Positions 27,449 through 41,949 are shown, counted from the first letter of the stretch. The stretch: 64,000 nucleotides of DNA from Octopus vulgaris (GCA_951406725.2 OX597818.1:66030001-66094000); one strand, 5' to 3'. Numbers and translations: made by a program. Notes: a model not told the origin generated them from the letters alone.

Positions 27449-28119
27449 TCATATATATCTACATACACAATCATACAAGCACATACCCACGCATGCTCAC
27501 ACACTCACACATTCACACAGGCAAACGCACAAACATTCATGCACACACATGTACACACACACGCATATATAAATATATATTAATATGCGCATACAGAAGT
27601 ATGGATGCCAAAGTTCTTGAGCAGAATGAAATCTTATAAGAATACTAACACTCATGTAAATATATACTTATATAAATAAATACATATGCGAGGATTATTG
27701 GAAACCAAGAAGACAGTTATTCACTTAGACAAATACACGCGCCCAAAAGCATAACGTATACAGCCACACACTCAAATACACACACATACGCATTTTCACA
27801 TACACACGCTCACAAAGAGACATCCGTAAATATATAAACTTGTGCAAATACACACACACATGGAAAAGTAAGTGATAATACTTAAACATATATTCACTAC
27901 ACTTGATATATTTACATGACGCAATTACAGATAGTTCGTGTTTTATTCATTCAAAGTTTATAACTTAAGGTTTCTTATTTTTATGTTTTTGACCATTAGT
28001 ATTTAATACTTTTATTTATATATTCATAATTGTCCAATAAAGGAATGGTTTTTCACTGCAAACGATATTTCTTCGTACCTTCAACTAAGCAGCTATATCG
28101 AAGTGTTTTATATGTATAT

Positions 28120-28190
<71 letters not shown>

Positions 28191-28236
28191 ATATGTGTGT
28201 GTGTGTGTATGTGTGTGTATATATGTATATGCATAT

Positions 28237-28617
28237 AGGTGCAGGTGAGGCTGGATGGTAAGAAGTTTGCTTCTCAACAACAAGGTGCCAGGATCAGACT
28301 CACCGCATGGCAAGCGTCTTCTACTATAGCCTTGGCCCGACCAAGGATCTGTGAGTTGATTTCGTAGACGGAAACTGGAAGAAGCCCGTCGTATATATGT
28401 CTCTCTCTATATATATCTGTGTATGTGTATGTGTGTGTTTTACCCCATTCATTCCTTGACAATCCATGCTGGCGTGTCTATGTTACTGCAAATGCGCAGC
28501 TCAGCAAAAGCGGCCGGTAGAATAAGTTGGCGGGTCGATTAGTTCGACATCATACCCATTAAGGCAATGCACAAGCATGGCTGCAGTCACATAAATGAAA
28601 CATGTAAAAGAATACAA
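28237..28617 (+). mobile_element. SINE family A, diverged copy
   Basis: gtagacggaaactggaagaagcccgtcg and agcatggctgcagtc blocks. Confidence 0.8.
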
Positions 28618-28798
28618 GGATATATGTATATTTATAAAAGGGTATATATATATATATATACATACATACATACATATATATATATATATACATATATATA
28701 TATGTATATATATATATGTAGAGAGATAGATGGTTAGATAGATAGATATATAGACAGGCAGGCAGACATATACTCAGATAAATAGATAGATAGGTAGG

Positions 28799-28873
<75 letters not shown>

Positions 28874-29149
28874 GCAGACAGATAGATACTCAGATAAATA
28901 GATAGATAGATAGGCAGACAGATATATACTCAGATAAATAGATAGATAGACCACAAGTGAGATCCAGAGATTATCAGCAAAGACGAAGCTTAGTATTTAA
29001 ATAATTCCAAATTAGACACCGTTGCCTTTAGAATTGGCTCGATTCCACAGGGTAGGGAATGGCTATCAAAGGAATCAATTTGAGCAGATATAGAATTATA
29101 TGAATGATCTTAGAAATAAATAAATATATATAAACATACATAATTCTTG

Positions 29150-29186
<37 letters not shown>

Positions 29187-29511
29187 TGTAAATATGTATA
29201 AGAGATGTGAGTCCAGCTAGTTATTAACGATAATTCATTAACTTGTTATAGTTAATACCTTACTGTGCACACATCTCTTTTTCTCATAAGGATAAATATA
29301 ATTTTCTTAGACTCTGTTCTGCTATTTTCGTTCTCAAGTACATTGTAAAAAAAATTGTTTATATTTCTTGCTTTGAAGAGTACATTGATGTATAAATAAT
29401 TAAATGAATTTAATTTAATCCAGCTCAACCATGAATTTGAATGAATCATGAAAGATGTGTGTCACTTGTTGCCTGTATGAAAGCCAATGTAGCTAGATTT
29501 TCCTTGTGTGC

Positions 29512-29546
<35 letters not shown>

Positions 29547-29547
29547 T

Positions 29548-29846
29548 GTGATATCATCGTGACCGACCAGACCATCAGATGTTGTTACACATCGCTGGTC
29601 ACAATGCGTTCGCATTGTTTTAGCCTTCGAATGACGCAACCCCGCTGGCTAAGCAAGCAGGCCAACAGAAGAAAGAGTGAGAGAAAGAGTGGTGAAAGAG
29701 TACAGCAGGGATCACCACCTTCTGCCGGGGCCTCGTGGAGCTTTTAGATGTTTTCGCTCAATAAACACACAGAACGGCCGGTCTGGGAATCGAAGCCGCG
29801 ATCCTACGACCGTGAGTCCGCTGCCCTAACCACTGGGACATTGCGC

Positions 29847-29848
<2 letters not shown>
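29548..29848 (-). mobile_element. tRNA-derived SINE family C
   Basis: Reverse complement of the 51232 head (gaggcgcaatg.cccagtggttagggcagcgg.ctc.cggtcgtaggatcgcg..ttcgattcccagaccg) with a different 3' part. Confidence 0.85.
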
Positions 29849-29910
<62 letters not shown>

Positions 29911-29912
<2 letters not shown>

Positions 29913-30012
29913 CCTCCTTCTTCCATTTTTCCTGAGCGCCTAATAATAATACTTTAATTGTTCCACCTCCTTCTGTTGTTGTCTTTTCTGTTTTCTCGTT
30001 TGGATTAACCTT
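29911..30012 (+). mobile_element. ~100-nt isolated PLE-type 3' tail in (TA)n
   Basis: tttcctgagcgcc.taataataatact...gtttggattaa is shared with 48714-48808 and similar to the post-ribozyme tail of the 20690 family. Confidence 0.6.
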
Positions 30013-30043
30013 ATATATATATGTATGTATACACACGCACATA

Positions 30044-30090
<47 letters not shown>

Positions 30091-30169
30091 ACACACACAT
30101 ATATATATATAATCAAAATAAGCAACAAATATATATATATACACGATAATCGATCCATGACAAGGCTAA

Positions 30170-30945
30170 GTTATTTTTCCTTCTCTTGCAGTTTCTAAGT
30201 CCAGTTTTGTCTATCAGGAGTTGATCCTTGGTATTTCTGCACTTACGCTTGCAACACGTTTGCTCATGTGGCAGGACTCCATTTTTTCCAGAGGTCTGTA
30301 CGTTGACTCTGTGAGTGTACTAGCCAATAATTTTCACATAAGTGGCAAGCATGACCTGTAACTTTCTACCGTATTGCTTTAGCGATGTTTTTTTGAAGCA
30401 CAGCACTGTCTTACCTATTATCAACCACCCTAGTGTTACCCTGGTCGGCATTTTACAAGGTGTTGTGTTGTAGAGCTATTTGTGCACGACACTCGCCAAA
30501 TCATTTAATCCAGTAGCCTTCAATTCCATCTGATCTCGGGGCCTTCAAGTTGCTCATCTTTTTGCTGATTTCCTTCACATCCCCAACAGGAATGTATAAT
30601 TCTGCCTGTTTTGGACAGACTACTGTTTGTTTCAGTTCTTGGCACCATTTAACATTCTTTTGTGCACCTTATCTTTACTCTAGATGTCTCTCCAAAGCCT
30701 TTCACTTTCATCTTTTAATCTTTTCATTCTCCATTTATTTCTTCGTAAAACCTTTTCTGTTCTACTCTGAATAACCTATTCTGCTGGTATCCCTTCAGTC
30801 CTTGGTCGTATCTCACCATCTTTGCTTTCTTTGCAACGGGCGCTGTTTCAGTTCCTCCATTACCACTTTCAGGTCCTTTATTCCAATAATATACTTCCAT
30901 TTTAATATGCCGTACTTTTTTATCCCGTATTTTTATATTATTATC
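30170..30945 (-). mobile_element. R4/Dong-like non-LTR retrotransposon fragment (pre-RT and RT start), abutting (TAA)n
   Basis: KKAKMVRY..LKGYQQNRLF..EQKRFYEEIN, then KAPRSDGIEGYWIK and GKTVL motifs; disrupted. Confidence 0.7.
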
Positions 30946-31009
30946 ATCATTATAATTATTATTATTAATATTATTATTATTATTATTGTTGTTGTTATTA
31001 TTATTATTA

Positions 31010-31098
<89 letters not shown>

Positions 31099-31641
31099 GA
31101 GTGAGAGAGCAGTACATGCCATCAAAGTGACACTGGGGTAAAATATACGAAGCCCAATGTACCAATCATGACTACCCGTCTGATAAGGGTACACCAGGCA
31201 CATGCATCACAACCATATGTGCGCGACGTGGTGATCTCATATCAAGATAAACAGCACATGACCTTGCAGGTGGGGCCCAGTTAGAATTTTCTTCAGGTTG
31301 AGTAACCCATCCCGCTCAAAAGGTCCCTGAATAAGGGTTGTTTAAGGATGTTGAAAGAACCACCCATGTTTCCAGAGGTGAATTATTCAAACCCCAAAGA
31401 ATCTCTCTCAACACATGGCTATGATGCTCCCCCACTACTTCTGCTCGTGATCAGAGATGAACATATCGTCAGCCACTAAGGGACATGCTCAACTGGTTAA
31501 GGTCAAACAACTGACAAGCAAATCTGTGGTATTGAGCGGAATATTTGCTGAGCCCATCTTTTATACCAAGACAAAACAATGTACATGATAACACTTCCAA
31601 TCAGTTAGGATCAGAAGCCATGAGAGCCACTGCCTGGTACT
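31099..31641. mobile_element. ~540-bp non-coding insert bounded by (TTA)n on both sides, probably a non-autonomous retroelement
   Basis: Sharp transitions between complex sequence and long (TTA)n tracts at both ends; no ORF; single copy in window. Confidence 0.5.
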
Positions 31642-31705
31642 ATTATTATCATTATTATTAATATTATTATTATTGTTGTTGTTGCTGTTGTTATTATTAT
31701 TATTA

Positions 31706-31787
<82 letters not shown>

Positions 31788-32182
31788 CATTATTATTATT
31801 ATTATTAATATTATTATTATTGTTATTGTTATTGTTATTATTACTTTTATTATTATTTTTATCGTCGTTGTTGTGAAGGCACGTGGCACAGCGGTTAGAA
31901 CAACACACTTGCGATTGCTAGATTGTGGTTTCGAATGCCGGACCGGATGGTGAGTTGTGTTCATGAACAAAATGCTTCATTTCTCATTGCACTGAGTTCA
32001 TTTCAAGTTATTATGAGTAGCACACCTTTTCAACTGTACAAGCCACGTCGATTAGTTTGAGGGACGGGATCTAACAAAGATCACCTGTTTTCGATCATTA
32101 TACGCAAAACATTTCTGCAGGGTAGTTCACCAAGAACTGAACACACAAAAACATCCTCTTCGTAGGGTGTTTCCATTTTCAA

Positions 32183-32383
32183 CATCATCATCATCATCAT
32201 CATCCCCATCATCATCCTTATCATCGTCGTCGTCGTCGTCATCGTCATCTTCTTCTCATTTTTCTTTTTCCTCTTCTTCATCATCATTGTCGTCGTTGTC
32301 GACATCTTCTTCTTCTTTTTCTTCTTCTCCTTCTTCTTCTTCATTGTCTTGTTTTTGTTGTTGTTGTTGTTGTTGTTCTTCTT

Positions 32384-32467
<84 letters not shown>

Positions 32468-32472
32468 TTCTT

Positions 32473-32503
<31 letters not shown>

Positions 32504-32565
32504 TTATTATTATAATTATTATTTTTCTTCTTCATCATCGTTATCATCTCCATCATCATCATCAG

Positions 32566-32597
<32 letters not shown>

Positions 32598-32650
32598 ACA
32601 TCATCATCATCATCATCATCATAACCGTTTTTATTATTGTTGTTGTTTTT
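32183..32650. repeat. Compound trinucleotide array (CAT/CGT/CTT/GTT/ATT)
   Basis: Directly visible. Confidence 0.95.
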
Positions 32651-33152
32651 GTTGAATCAATTAATTGATTATCTAATCGAATGCGTGACGGAGCGTCAGA
32701 TCATTTAAGGAAATTGTAGCTCTGACAGACATGAAGAAGACGAGGACAAATGACTAATGATGCCGAAAATGGCGACTAATTAACTCTGACAGCCCATCTT
32801 GTTGATTGATCAAATGATTGGACACGCTTTCAATTAGGTAACTAGTTAATTAACTAACTAGCCCAGTACTAATATTATTAATAATAATAACGGCAGTGAC
32901 AACACAACCATTACCTTCAACCACTTCCGTCTCACGAGCAGTCATCAACACTATTAACAACGACATCAACAATTTTAATAACTTATAAATTTTAGCGCAA
33001 GGCCTGCAATATTTTTGACGCTGGTGAATGGATCAGAACCCCCCACCCTATTGTTCAAATGTTTCTTAATTTATCGAATCCGAAATTATGGACAGTAAAG
33101 TCAACATCTACGGAATTTGAACTCACAATGTTAAGACGGACGAAGTAGTTCA

Positions 33153-33189
<37 letters not shown>

Positions 33190-33193
<4 letters not shown>

Positions 33194-33485
33194 CTAGCTC
33201 AGATACCAGGAAGCTCCAAAATGGCAGAAACTCAAAAGATAGTGCTCATGGGAAATGCCCATATCCTAGGCAGAATACCTTCTATGTAATCTCAAGTTTT
33301 AAAACAAACATGATTTTTGTATGGTGTCTTTAGACATTCACTAGTACAACACTAAGTACAAAACCAAATATATGACACCCTAGGCTTAACACCAACATGG
33401 ACTTCCAACCTGTTGTCTCTTGAGTTCTCTGGGTGAGACTTGGAGCCAGCTTGTACAAATGTAAGTCAAAAGTCAAACATAGAAT
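33190..33485 (+). mobile_element. 3' end of an R4/Dong-like element inserted in (TAA)n
   Basis: YLAQIPGSSKMAETQKIVLMGNAHILGRIPSM* matches the QK.VL.GTA.ILR C-terminus; 3' UTR ends in aataataat; TAA repeats on both sides. Confidence 0.75.
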
Positions 33486-34418
33486 AATAATAATGAGGAT
33501 GATGTTGATGACGACGATGATGATGATGATGATGATTATGATGATGAGGATATTCAGTATTCAGAGAATTAATTAGCTTTAGCAAGAAGAAACGGAGAAT
33601 AAATCTATACTCACGTGAAACACTCTTGCTATCTGAATGTCCAATAATTCTAAAGCTATTATCCTTTAATTTTCACGCCTAAGCACAAACCCAACAGAAT
33701 TTACTTCACTTCAGTCACTATCAATCCTGTCTATCACGTTCCTCTCACAAATCTCCACCTATGATATCAACTCCCTTAAAACCATCATTATTAAAATCCT
33801 CTTGCAGAACTAATTCTCTTACATCTCCTCACCGTTCCATGTCTTAACACCCAATGACCCCACCGACACTCCTACCTTCGCACTCTAGTACAGGGAGCTC
33901 CCTACATTTAATCGTTCCATCTTTGAACATCTCTGCATTAAGATCTGAAACGTATGATATTCTCTGCTCTGGTGACCGAGGCTCGTCTTATCCACAGTTG
34001 ATTTCATCCAGTAAGGCTGCATGTTGTGATGAACTTCTTCTACCAACATTATTATGGATCTCTGAGCTCCCGCAAACAGAAAAATCTGTTGGACTTATAG
34101 CAGCTTTCATCCACACCTTTGATTTCCTCTGTCCTCTTTGTTCTGTGCTCCATTAATAGAAATATGCATTTATTTATACTTAAAAATGCATCGTCCAAAA
34201 GCCTCCGCCTTTATTTTTCTGTCGCTTTGCATGTATAAATATATACATAGTTTGTTTTTTTATATATAAGCATTTATATCCAATCTCTTTCATTTGTTTA
34301 TCAGCATAATCGCCTTAAACCGGAGAACTGATCCTTTGTAAAGATATTAGTATCTAATTAGTAGCTAATTGAGTGCTACTAAATGACCTCCATATTGTGA
34401 ATCTGTTGATTATATATA

Positions 34419-34645
34419 TATCTGTAAAATAATAGGTTACAATTACTCAATAGTCAAGATAAAAGAGATTTGTTGATTTCCACTTCGGCATCTGAAACTC
34501 AGAGTTGTGGATTTCCAATTCGGCATCTGAAACTCAGAGTTTTATCTTGACTATTGAGTAATTGTAACATTATTTTACAGATAAATTTCCTCTATTTACA
34601 TAATATTGAGGTCTCTTTCTTTCTTTTGTTATCTTACTGTTTTTA

Positions 34646-34648
<3 letters not shown>
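34419..34648. mobile_element. Fold-back PLE terminus with a short inverted arm and a ~35-bp internal tandem duplication
   Basis: 34419-34464 is inverted relative to about 34538-34582; gatttcca.ttcggcatctgaaactcagagtt occurs twice; tail matches 25445-25518. Confidence 0.88.
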
Positions 34649-34711
<63 letters not shown>

Positions 34712-34712
<1 letters not shown>

Positions 34713-35365
34713 GAGGGTAATCCCCAATGTCAGGTAACCAAAGCGCTGGGGACACAGGGTAACTGCGCGAGCTGCTATTGGCAACACCGTTGTGTTTATT
34801 GTGCCTGCGCTTGCTCCTGCGTGACCCTCGCTCTGACACTCAGTCTTGGCTTAGAAGTCGTATCTGGTGGTGCTCCCTATCGACGCTGCCGCCAAGTCTG
34901 ATGTTCGCTCTGTTATTCAGTTTTTGAACGCAAAGTTCATTAAACTTATGGAAATTCATCGTCAATTAACGGAAGTGTACGGCGAATCGTCCATGGATGT
35001 CAAAAAATCTGCAAGTGGTGTAGGGAGTTTGCAGCTGGTCATGACGAAGAAATAAGCGGTTGATCATCAATTTCCGATGAGAGAATCGCGAGGGTTGAGT
35101 AAATCCTACGTGAAACTCAGTGGATCACTCTGGATGTTCCCCGCATTTTGGTTCCTGGGGTTACCCGAAGCACCAGTCATAGGTTTTGAGAGAAAAGTTG
35201 CAATATCGGAAGATGTACGCAAGATGGGTCCCAAGAATGCACACATAATACCATAAACAGCAACTGACCTTATAGTCCGGACTTGGCACCCAGTGAATAC
35301 CATCTGTTGAAAGAACATTTGGCTGGAACGCACACAGGGACGACGACGAAGTGAAAGATGAGGTT
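34712..35365 (+). mobile_element. Internally deleted mariner fossil
   Basis: ta|cgagggt end; DVRSVIQFLNAK....EIHRQLTEVYGE HTH; KMYARWVP followed closely by YSPDLAPSEYHL and DDDEVKDEV. Confidence 0.85.
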
Positions 35366-36054
35366 ACCTTTTGTGAAGTCCATGTTTGTATATTCTTCAA
35401 TGTTACATCATTTTTGCATGGGGAAATATCTACAAATTCGTGCAGTAGTATCTTCATTTACGCAATTCCATGTTTTCTTTATGCTTCACGAATTTTTTTT
35501 CTTTTCATTGCAGCCTTCATTAGCATGCGTTAATTGATTTCCTTAAAATAAGAAACATAAAAACTTCTCACAAACAAATCTTATTCTTTTCCATTTTTCT
35601 TCTCTCTTTCCTCTTTGCTGAGAAAATTCTTTAACTACCTCTTCCCTGTCTTTATTGTGTGCTTGGTATGATACCATTATATGCATAATATAAATGTATG
35701 GAAAGGCAAAAGTTTTTGGTATGTGTATTATGGTATATAATTATGGAAATTAAATGTGTATTCTTAGTTATAATATTGTTGTCTGCTTTAACTGCTCTGC
35801 TAACAAAAGGAATAAAGCAAGGAAAGGAAATGTTTCCCGGAGGACTTGAATAATCACTTATCGAAGCACGTTATCCACAGAGAGAAGAATAATTACGTGA
35901 AGAAAAGCCCCCCCCTATTTATTGCAGTTATGCAATAATACATATGGGAAAGTGTATTGTAATTCCTAACAGACAGATATAAAAGCTCAACCCATCGATT
36001 CATCTAAACATTGATAGAAGTGTTCCACAGACAAAATGAAATAAAAATGTGTAC

Positions 36055-36235
36055 GTAATAAAATAAAATGATAGTACATTATTTACATTTGACGGATATT
36101 TGTCCCCACCTTGTTTGTTGTTAACACAACGTTTTGACTGGTATACCCTCCTGCCTTCATCAGGTGTCTCGGGGAAATTTCGAACCTAGGTTCTCATTCA
36201 TGAGGTATTATTTGATGATTTTGTTTTTGTTGTTG
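36055..36235 (-). mobile_element. Probable solo PLE terminus with canonical-core hammerhead remnant (36123-36168)
   Basis: GACAC CUGAUGA A GGCAGG agggUaUa CCAGUC AAAA CG UU GUGUU; G12 appears mutated to A. Confidence 0.6.
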
Positions 36236-36383
36236 TTAATCTCCAACCGTTAATGATACTCCCTAACATTGCTGACAGATGACTTGTAGACATCATCTGC
36301 AATGCGAAGAAAAAATAAATACTTCCAACATTTCACAGGTTCTAAACATCATTAACAGGTTCTCATGCATATCATAGCCCTAA

Positions 36384-36778
36384 TCTTTATATATAAAAGT
36401 GAGGTTGTGTGCTGTCTGTCTCCTACGATTTAGATTCCTAACTACTCCTACATTTTGCCGTACAGCTTAACCAAAACCGGGTATCTTATAGTCGTGATTC
36501 ATATCGAGCCCTTCTAGGTATTAGCGCGCGTCTACGATGAGTCTACGATTTTAAAAAAAAATTACCATCAAGTGTTCCCATTTTTAATGCATTTTTGGCA
36601 TATATAAGGGAAGTAACTCTCTAAAAATTTATTATTAAATCTCAGAACGTAAAAAGCTACCGTAACACCCCCCTTTGTGGTTAGCCATATTGAGATGGCT
36701 ATTATACTTTACATCTCTAAAAATGCTTATATAGTTATTTCCCTTACAAACCCGAGCAACGACGGGCGATACTGCTAG
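36384..36778 (+). mobile_element. Non-autonomous Helitron
   Basis: Inserted between A and T, 5'-TC start, subterminal hairpin cccg-agcaacga-cggg, 3'-CTAG end; second copy at 43140-43523. Confidence 0.85.
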
Positions 36779-37730
36779 TCTAATATAAGTTGAAACAAAC
36801 ACCTGATATGGCTTAACTCTCACTGAAACTGCAGGAGTTCCACACGGGTTTTGCAATCTTTTTCTAAATACATTGCAAAGCTGGAAACCCTTACGTATCA
36901 TTGTCATGCATTTAACTGACATAAGCATGTTTCCCCTTCACCTGCACATTTCACATGGATGGAGCAGCGAGGACTGAGCCAGCCTTCACCTACGGAAGCC
37001 GTCTCATATGACCAGTTAATTTCAGTTGCTGGGCTTGTTTCTTTAATGTTTAATTTTAGTTGTCCGCATCGCAGAACTATTTTCCACACGAAATAGCCAC
37101 AGAGGTACAAACAAAACCGCGGCGGACCAATTCTGTTGTGTATGAGCATTACAAGGCACCGCTTGTTGAGGGCCTCATCCACTAGACCCTGATATTTAAA
37201 TTTCTTTTACCTGGTAGGTAATATCAAAGAGGCTAAACTTGTGAAAGAGCCACTATTTTGCCGATTGCACGGACAGGATCTAGGTTTTTCTTATTTTCAA
37301 AAACAAACAAAGTTATTTTGCGTATGTTGGAATAAGCATTAATAACATTGTATATGTTACTGCTAATGTTATTTCGGATTTACAGTTGTTTTTTCTTAAT
37401 ATTTTTATCGAATATCGGAATTAAGAATAATTTTTATTCGTTTCATACAAAAGAAAAACAGGCATACTGCTTATAGGAACACTATGTACTTTCTATGTAA
37501 GCATGTATGTGTATGTGTACATATGTGGATATAAACTTTTACAAAGTAATAATTTTTCATTTTAATGCAATCTGCGTATGGAAGAGATTGAGTTCATATA
37601 TTTGTTTTATATTGGAACAAATAGCCATTCATACTAAAAGTAGCCGAACATATACACCTATCTTTCTATCTATCTGTATATTGATAGTATATAGGTATAT
37701 ATGCGTATGTATATATATATATATATATGC

Positions 37731-37797
<67 letters not shown>

Positions 37798-37969
37798 TAT
37801 ATATATATATATACATATATGTATGTATTTATTTATATACGTACATATGAGTATATGTGTATGTACATATATGCATGAGCAGGCGTATGTGTATACATAT
37901 AGACATACGTTCATTATATAATGAAACTTGTGTAAGAAAATGAACGTGCGTGCATTCAACTATTGACAC

Positions 37970-38022
<53 letters not shown>

Positions 38023-38428
38023 GTGTATATATCTATGTATGCATATATATTTATATATATGTATGTATATAAATATATATATATGTTTGTATGTATTTAT
38101 GTATGTAAGTATGTTTATTTGCACATACGTATACAAACGTATATTACTATTGTATATTTTGAAATATGAATAAACAAATTTTCATAAACAAATGTTGCAC
38201 ACATTTATAAACTGTATCGAAAACTGTGTATGATGCATAACATTCTATACTCAAGTTACTTGTTTTCGCTTTATCACTGGCCAAGGGCTAAGTATGTACA
38301 CAGAGGTTAGAGAACAGGAAGCGATTTGATTATGGTGCATGCATGCAACCGGATATGCACTGAAATAATACCTACACATATACATATATACATGCATATA
38401 AACACACACACACACACACACACATATA

Positions 38429-38468
<40 letters not shown>

Positions 38469-39067
38469 GTATTTGATATAAAACCGTTGAAATAAAAGAA
38501 GAAACAGAGAACATGTCTCAAAGACTTATCCAAACTTTATGAATTCTTGAAAGAGAATGAATCAATATTGATATACGGTTTACAAATGTATTCCTTCTAG
38601 CCACTAAAATTCTACAACAAATAAAAATAAAACATACATTGAAAAATAAATAAAAAGAAATAATTGAACTCAACCAGTTGTAATAAAATTGGGTTTATTC
38701 AAATTCTAGATGGAACATTTTAAAATGATTCGCTGCCATTATCTGAGTATTGTAATTGAATCCGATACATTCCATTCATAAAATGAAACTCTACTTTGAG
38801 AGAAGAATTATCCATTAGGCTATTTTTTAATGTAATTGTTAGTGACCTACTTAGTGCCAACCTGATAGAAGGGATGAATGGAAAATGAACTGAAAACAAA
38901 CCTACACAAATAACAACAAGCATAACATTGCGATTATAGGCTATTTCTTTTTAAAATTTTTTTACCAGATTTTTATCATTTACTTTTTTCAATTTCAGAC
39001 CACAAGTATCATAATAAAAGTTTTTGAATGCAAAACGTGTGGAAAGTTGCAAGTGAAATTCACGTCA

Positions 39068-39140
39068 ATATTTCGTTCATCCTTTCGCATATCAAAACAA
39101 CCCACGGTTGTTTAGATAAGCGAAAGGATGAAGGAGATAT
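39068..39140. other. 35-bp near-perfect hairpin in unique-looking sequence
   Basis: atatttc-g-ttcatcctttcgc-a-tatc-a-aaacaacc CAC ggttgttt-a-gata-a-gcgaaaggatgaa-g-gagatat. Confidence 0.8.
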
Positions 39141-39509
39141 ATGCTATATACAAATTTGTGGCTTCACAAGATTATATGATTTTGTAAGGCATTTAAACTA
39201 TGTTTATTCAAAGTTGCATGCTTTTGAATGTCCTCTTTATGCGCATCACCCACATTTTCCTAGGCCTCCAGGCAGCGAAAGTAGCATCAATGTGATTAGT
39301 ATAAAGTGAATTCCTTATTTCACAAGAGAAAAAATTCTAGTATCGACTTAGCTGACAATTCTTGACAGCAACAATTTTGTTGACCCCCAGAATATTAGAA
39401 GGAAACTTGGCCTCCACGGGTTTGTAACGCAGTACACAGAGGAGCGAAACAAATGAAACTAAATGCTGTAAGATATTCTGCCCAACGTTCTAACGAGTCT
39501 GCAAAACCA

Positions 39510-40145
39510 AAGTCGAACTCGACGAAATTTGAATTCAGACGAAATACCTATTTCTTTACTACCCACAAGGGGCTAAACACAGAGAGGACAAACAAGGACA
39601 GACAAAACGGATTATGTTGATTATATCGACCCCAATGCGTAACTGGTACTTAATTTATCGACCCCGAAAGGATGAAAGGCAAAGTCGACCGCGGCGGAAT
39701 TTGACCTCAGAACGTAGTGGCAGACGAAATACCTATTTCTTTACTACCCAGTAGGGGCTAAACACACAGAGGACAAACAAGGACAGACAAACGGATTAAG
39801 TCGATTATATCGACCCAGTGCGTTACTGGTACTTATTTAATCGACCCCGAAATTATGAAAGGCAAAGTCAACCTCAGCGGCATTTGAACTCAGAACGTAG
39901 CGGCAGACGAAATACCTATTGTTTACTACCCACAAGTGGCTAAACATAGAGGGGACAAACAAGGACAGACAAAGGTATCAAATCGATTATATAGACCCAG
40001 TGCGTAAACAGGTACTTATTTAATCGACCCCGAAAGGATGAATAGTAAAGTCGACTTCGGCGGAATTTGAACTCAGAACGTAACCACAGGCGAAATACCA
40101 CGAAACGTTTTGCCCGTCGTGCTAACGATCACGCCAGCTCGCCAT
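39510..40145 (-). mobile_element. SINE family B with three tandem ~183-186-bp units
   Basis: gacgaaatacctatt recurs near 39538, 39724 and 39907; head at 40090-40145. Confidence 0.85.
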
Positions 40146-41175
40146 CTTATCAACTCATTTAATATGGAAAGTCAACATCGACAGAATTTGAAGCCAATTC
40201 CGCCTCGCCTTTCGTTCGACGTCGTAAGGATTCTATCATCAACGAAATATGAAACACTGTTAGAAGCTAATGGCAACTTATTTTATTTACATAGTTTTCA
40301 AATTTTGGAACAAGGCTGGAAATTTCGTGGGTGAGGGCTAATCGAAAACGTCGGCCACAATGTCTGACTTGTACTTTATTTATCAACACCAAACAGATGA
40401 AAGACAAAGCTGACCTTTACAGAATTTTAGGTCAGAACGTAAAGGTGGGCTTCAATGCCAGTCAGCAATTTGTCTGGTGGGCTAACGGTTCCTTATTGTA
40501 TATAGATATTAAGTCTTATAACTCGGTGGATTATTTTGAATAACGAGGTATGTGTTCACCACGTCGCTTAATTAGTTCATTACGCCACTCAAAAGTATTT
40601 ATTCACTATATTCGGTAAATGTTTAATGTGATCCGCGCACGTGGAATATGTTAATGAGTGAAAGAAAGAAAAGATGCGGCATAATTATAGCTAATTTCTA
40701 GACATTAAGGAATATTACCGACCAAAACCATATTTGTATTCTATTTAAGGACAGTTGTTTGTAGCTATGCAACAGTGCAGACAAACTGAGACATATTCAA
40801 GTTGTTCATATTAATGTGGTCGCTGTATTAAAGTCCATGCATTGACCACATTATTTAATTAATTAATTCATACTACTACTAAACAGAGTCTATCGATAAT
40901 TGGACTTTAATTTATAAACATTTTATAAGCATTCTAGTCGCACCTTTCAAAGTAAGGGAATAATTTAAATGGTAGCACCTGACATTTAGCTAGCAGAAAA
41001 CGGGAGATTACTTCCTCAGTGTCCATAAAAAAAGGTACACATGCCCTTATATTATTAGATGCATGTATGGAGTACAGTAGAGCTCAAAGTACAACAGGAA
41101 AAATACAGAAGTAGTGGAAGTCTCTAAGAAATTGTCGGTGTAAATCATTTCCAACAGAACTGTTTTACAATACAT

Positions 41176-41264
<89 letters not shown>

Positions 41265-41267
<3 letters not shown>

Positions 41268-41377
41268 CCGGCATGATTGACCAAAAGATTTTGTCACCTT
41301 CCCGAGTGTTAAGCTAATACATCTGTTTGCTGTCTATACACATGTCTTCGTCTTTTGTTTTTCTGTAAATTTCAGCT
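41265..41377 (+). mobile_element. PLE 3' terminus (20690 family) with the ribozyme segment missing
   Basis: aaaagattttgtcaccttcccgagtgttaagctaatacatctgtttg...gtcttcgtcttttg matches the reverse complement of 10919/18825; flanked by TA repeats. Confidence 0.7.
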
Positions 41378-41406
41378 ATATGTATGTATGTATATATGTA
41401 TATATA

Positions 41407-41442
<36 letters not shown>

Positions 41443-41490
41443 TGTATGTATGTATGTATGTTTGTATGTATGTATGTATGTATGTATGTA

Positions 41491-41561
<71 letters not shown>

Positions 41562-41949
41562 GTAAATGATGTCGAACGATGGAAATGAGTGCTCAATACC
41601 GCATTGGTGGATATAATTCATTTATTCGTTAATTGAGACCATCTTTGGTTTCATGCTAAGAAATGTAGGAACATATCCCAATGTATTCACAATTATTCAT
41701 GCCGATCGCATGGAGAAATGTTTTTGCTTCCATTTTACAGTAGATAATTTCATGCAGATAGAAGGAATCTGGAACCAGGTTGTTGTCAATCAAGATTCTT
41801 ATCACACAACCACTCCTATGGCACGATGACAATGCTATAGTCCCGAAACTTTCCTGTCGCATAAGGTGTAGGACTCTACTCTGTTTTGTATTCACTTTCA
41901 TGTGAACATCGAATATTTGAATCCGTGAATAACGGACTCTCTCTTTCTC

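Noticed and set aside
33640-34080. Possible RTE endonuclease fossil on the minus strand
   Set aside because: Only a faint G..GV...DRI resemblance; too decayed to call.
39028-39309. 93-aa ORF near an acceptor-like site
   Set aside because: No recognisable motif; overlaps the hairpin; cannot be supported as an exon.
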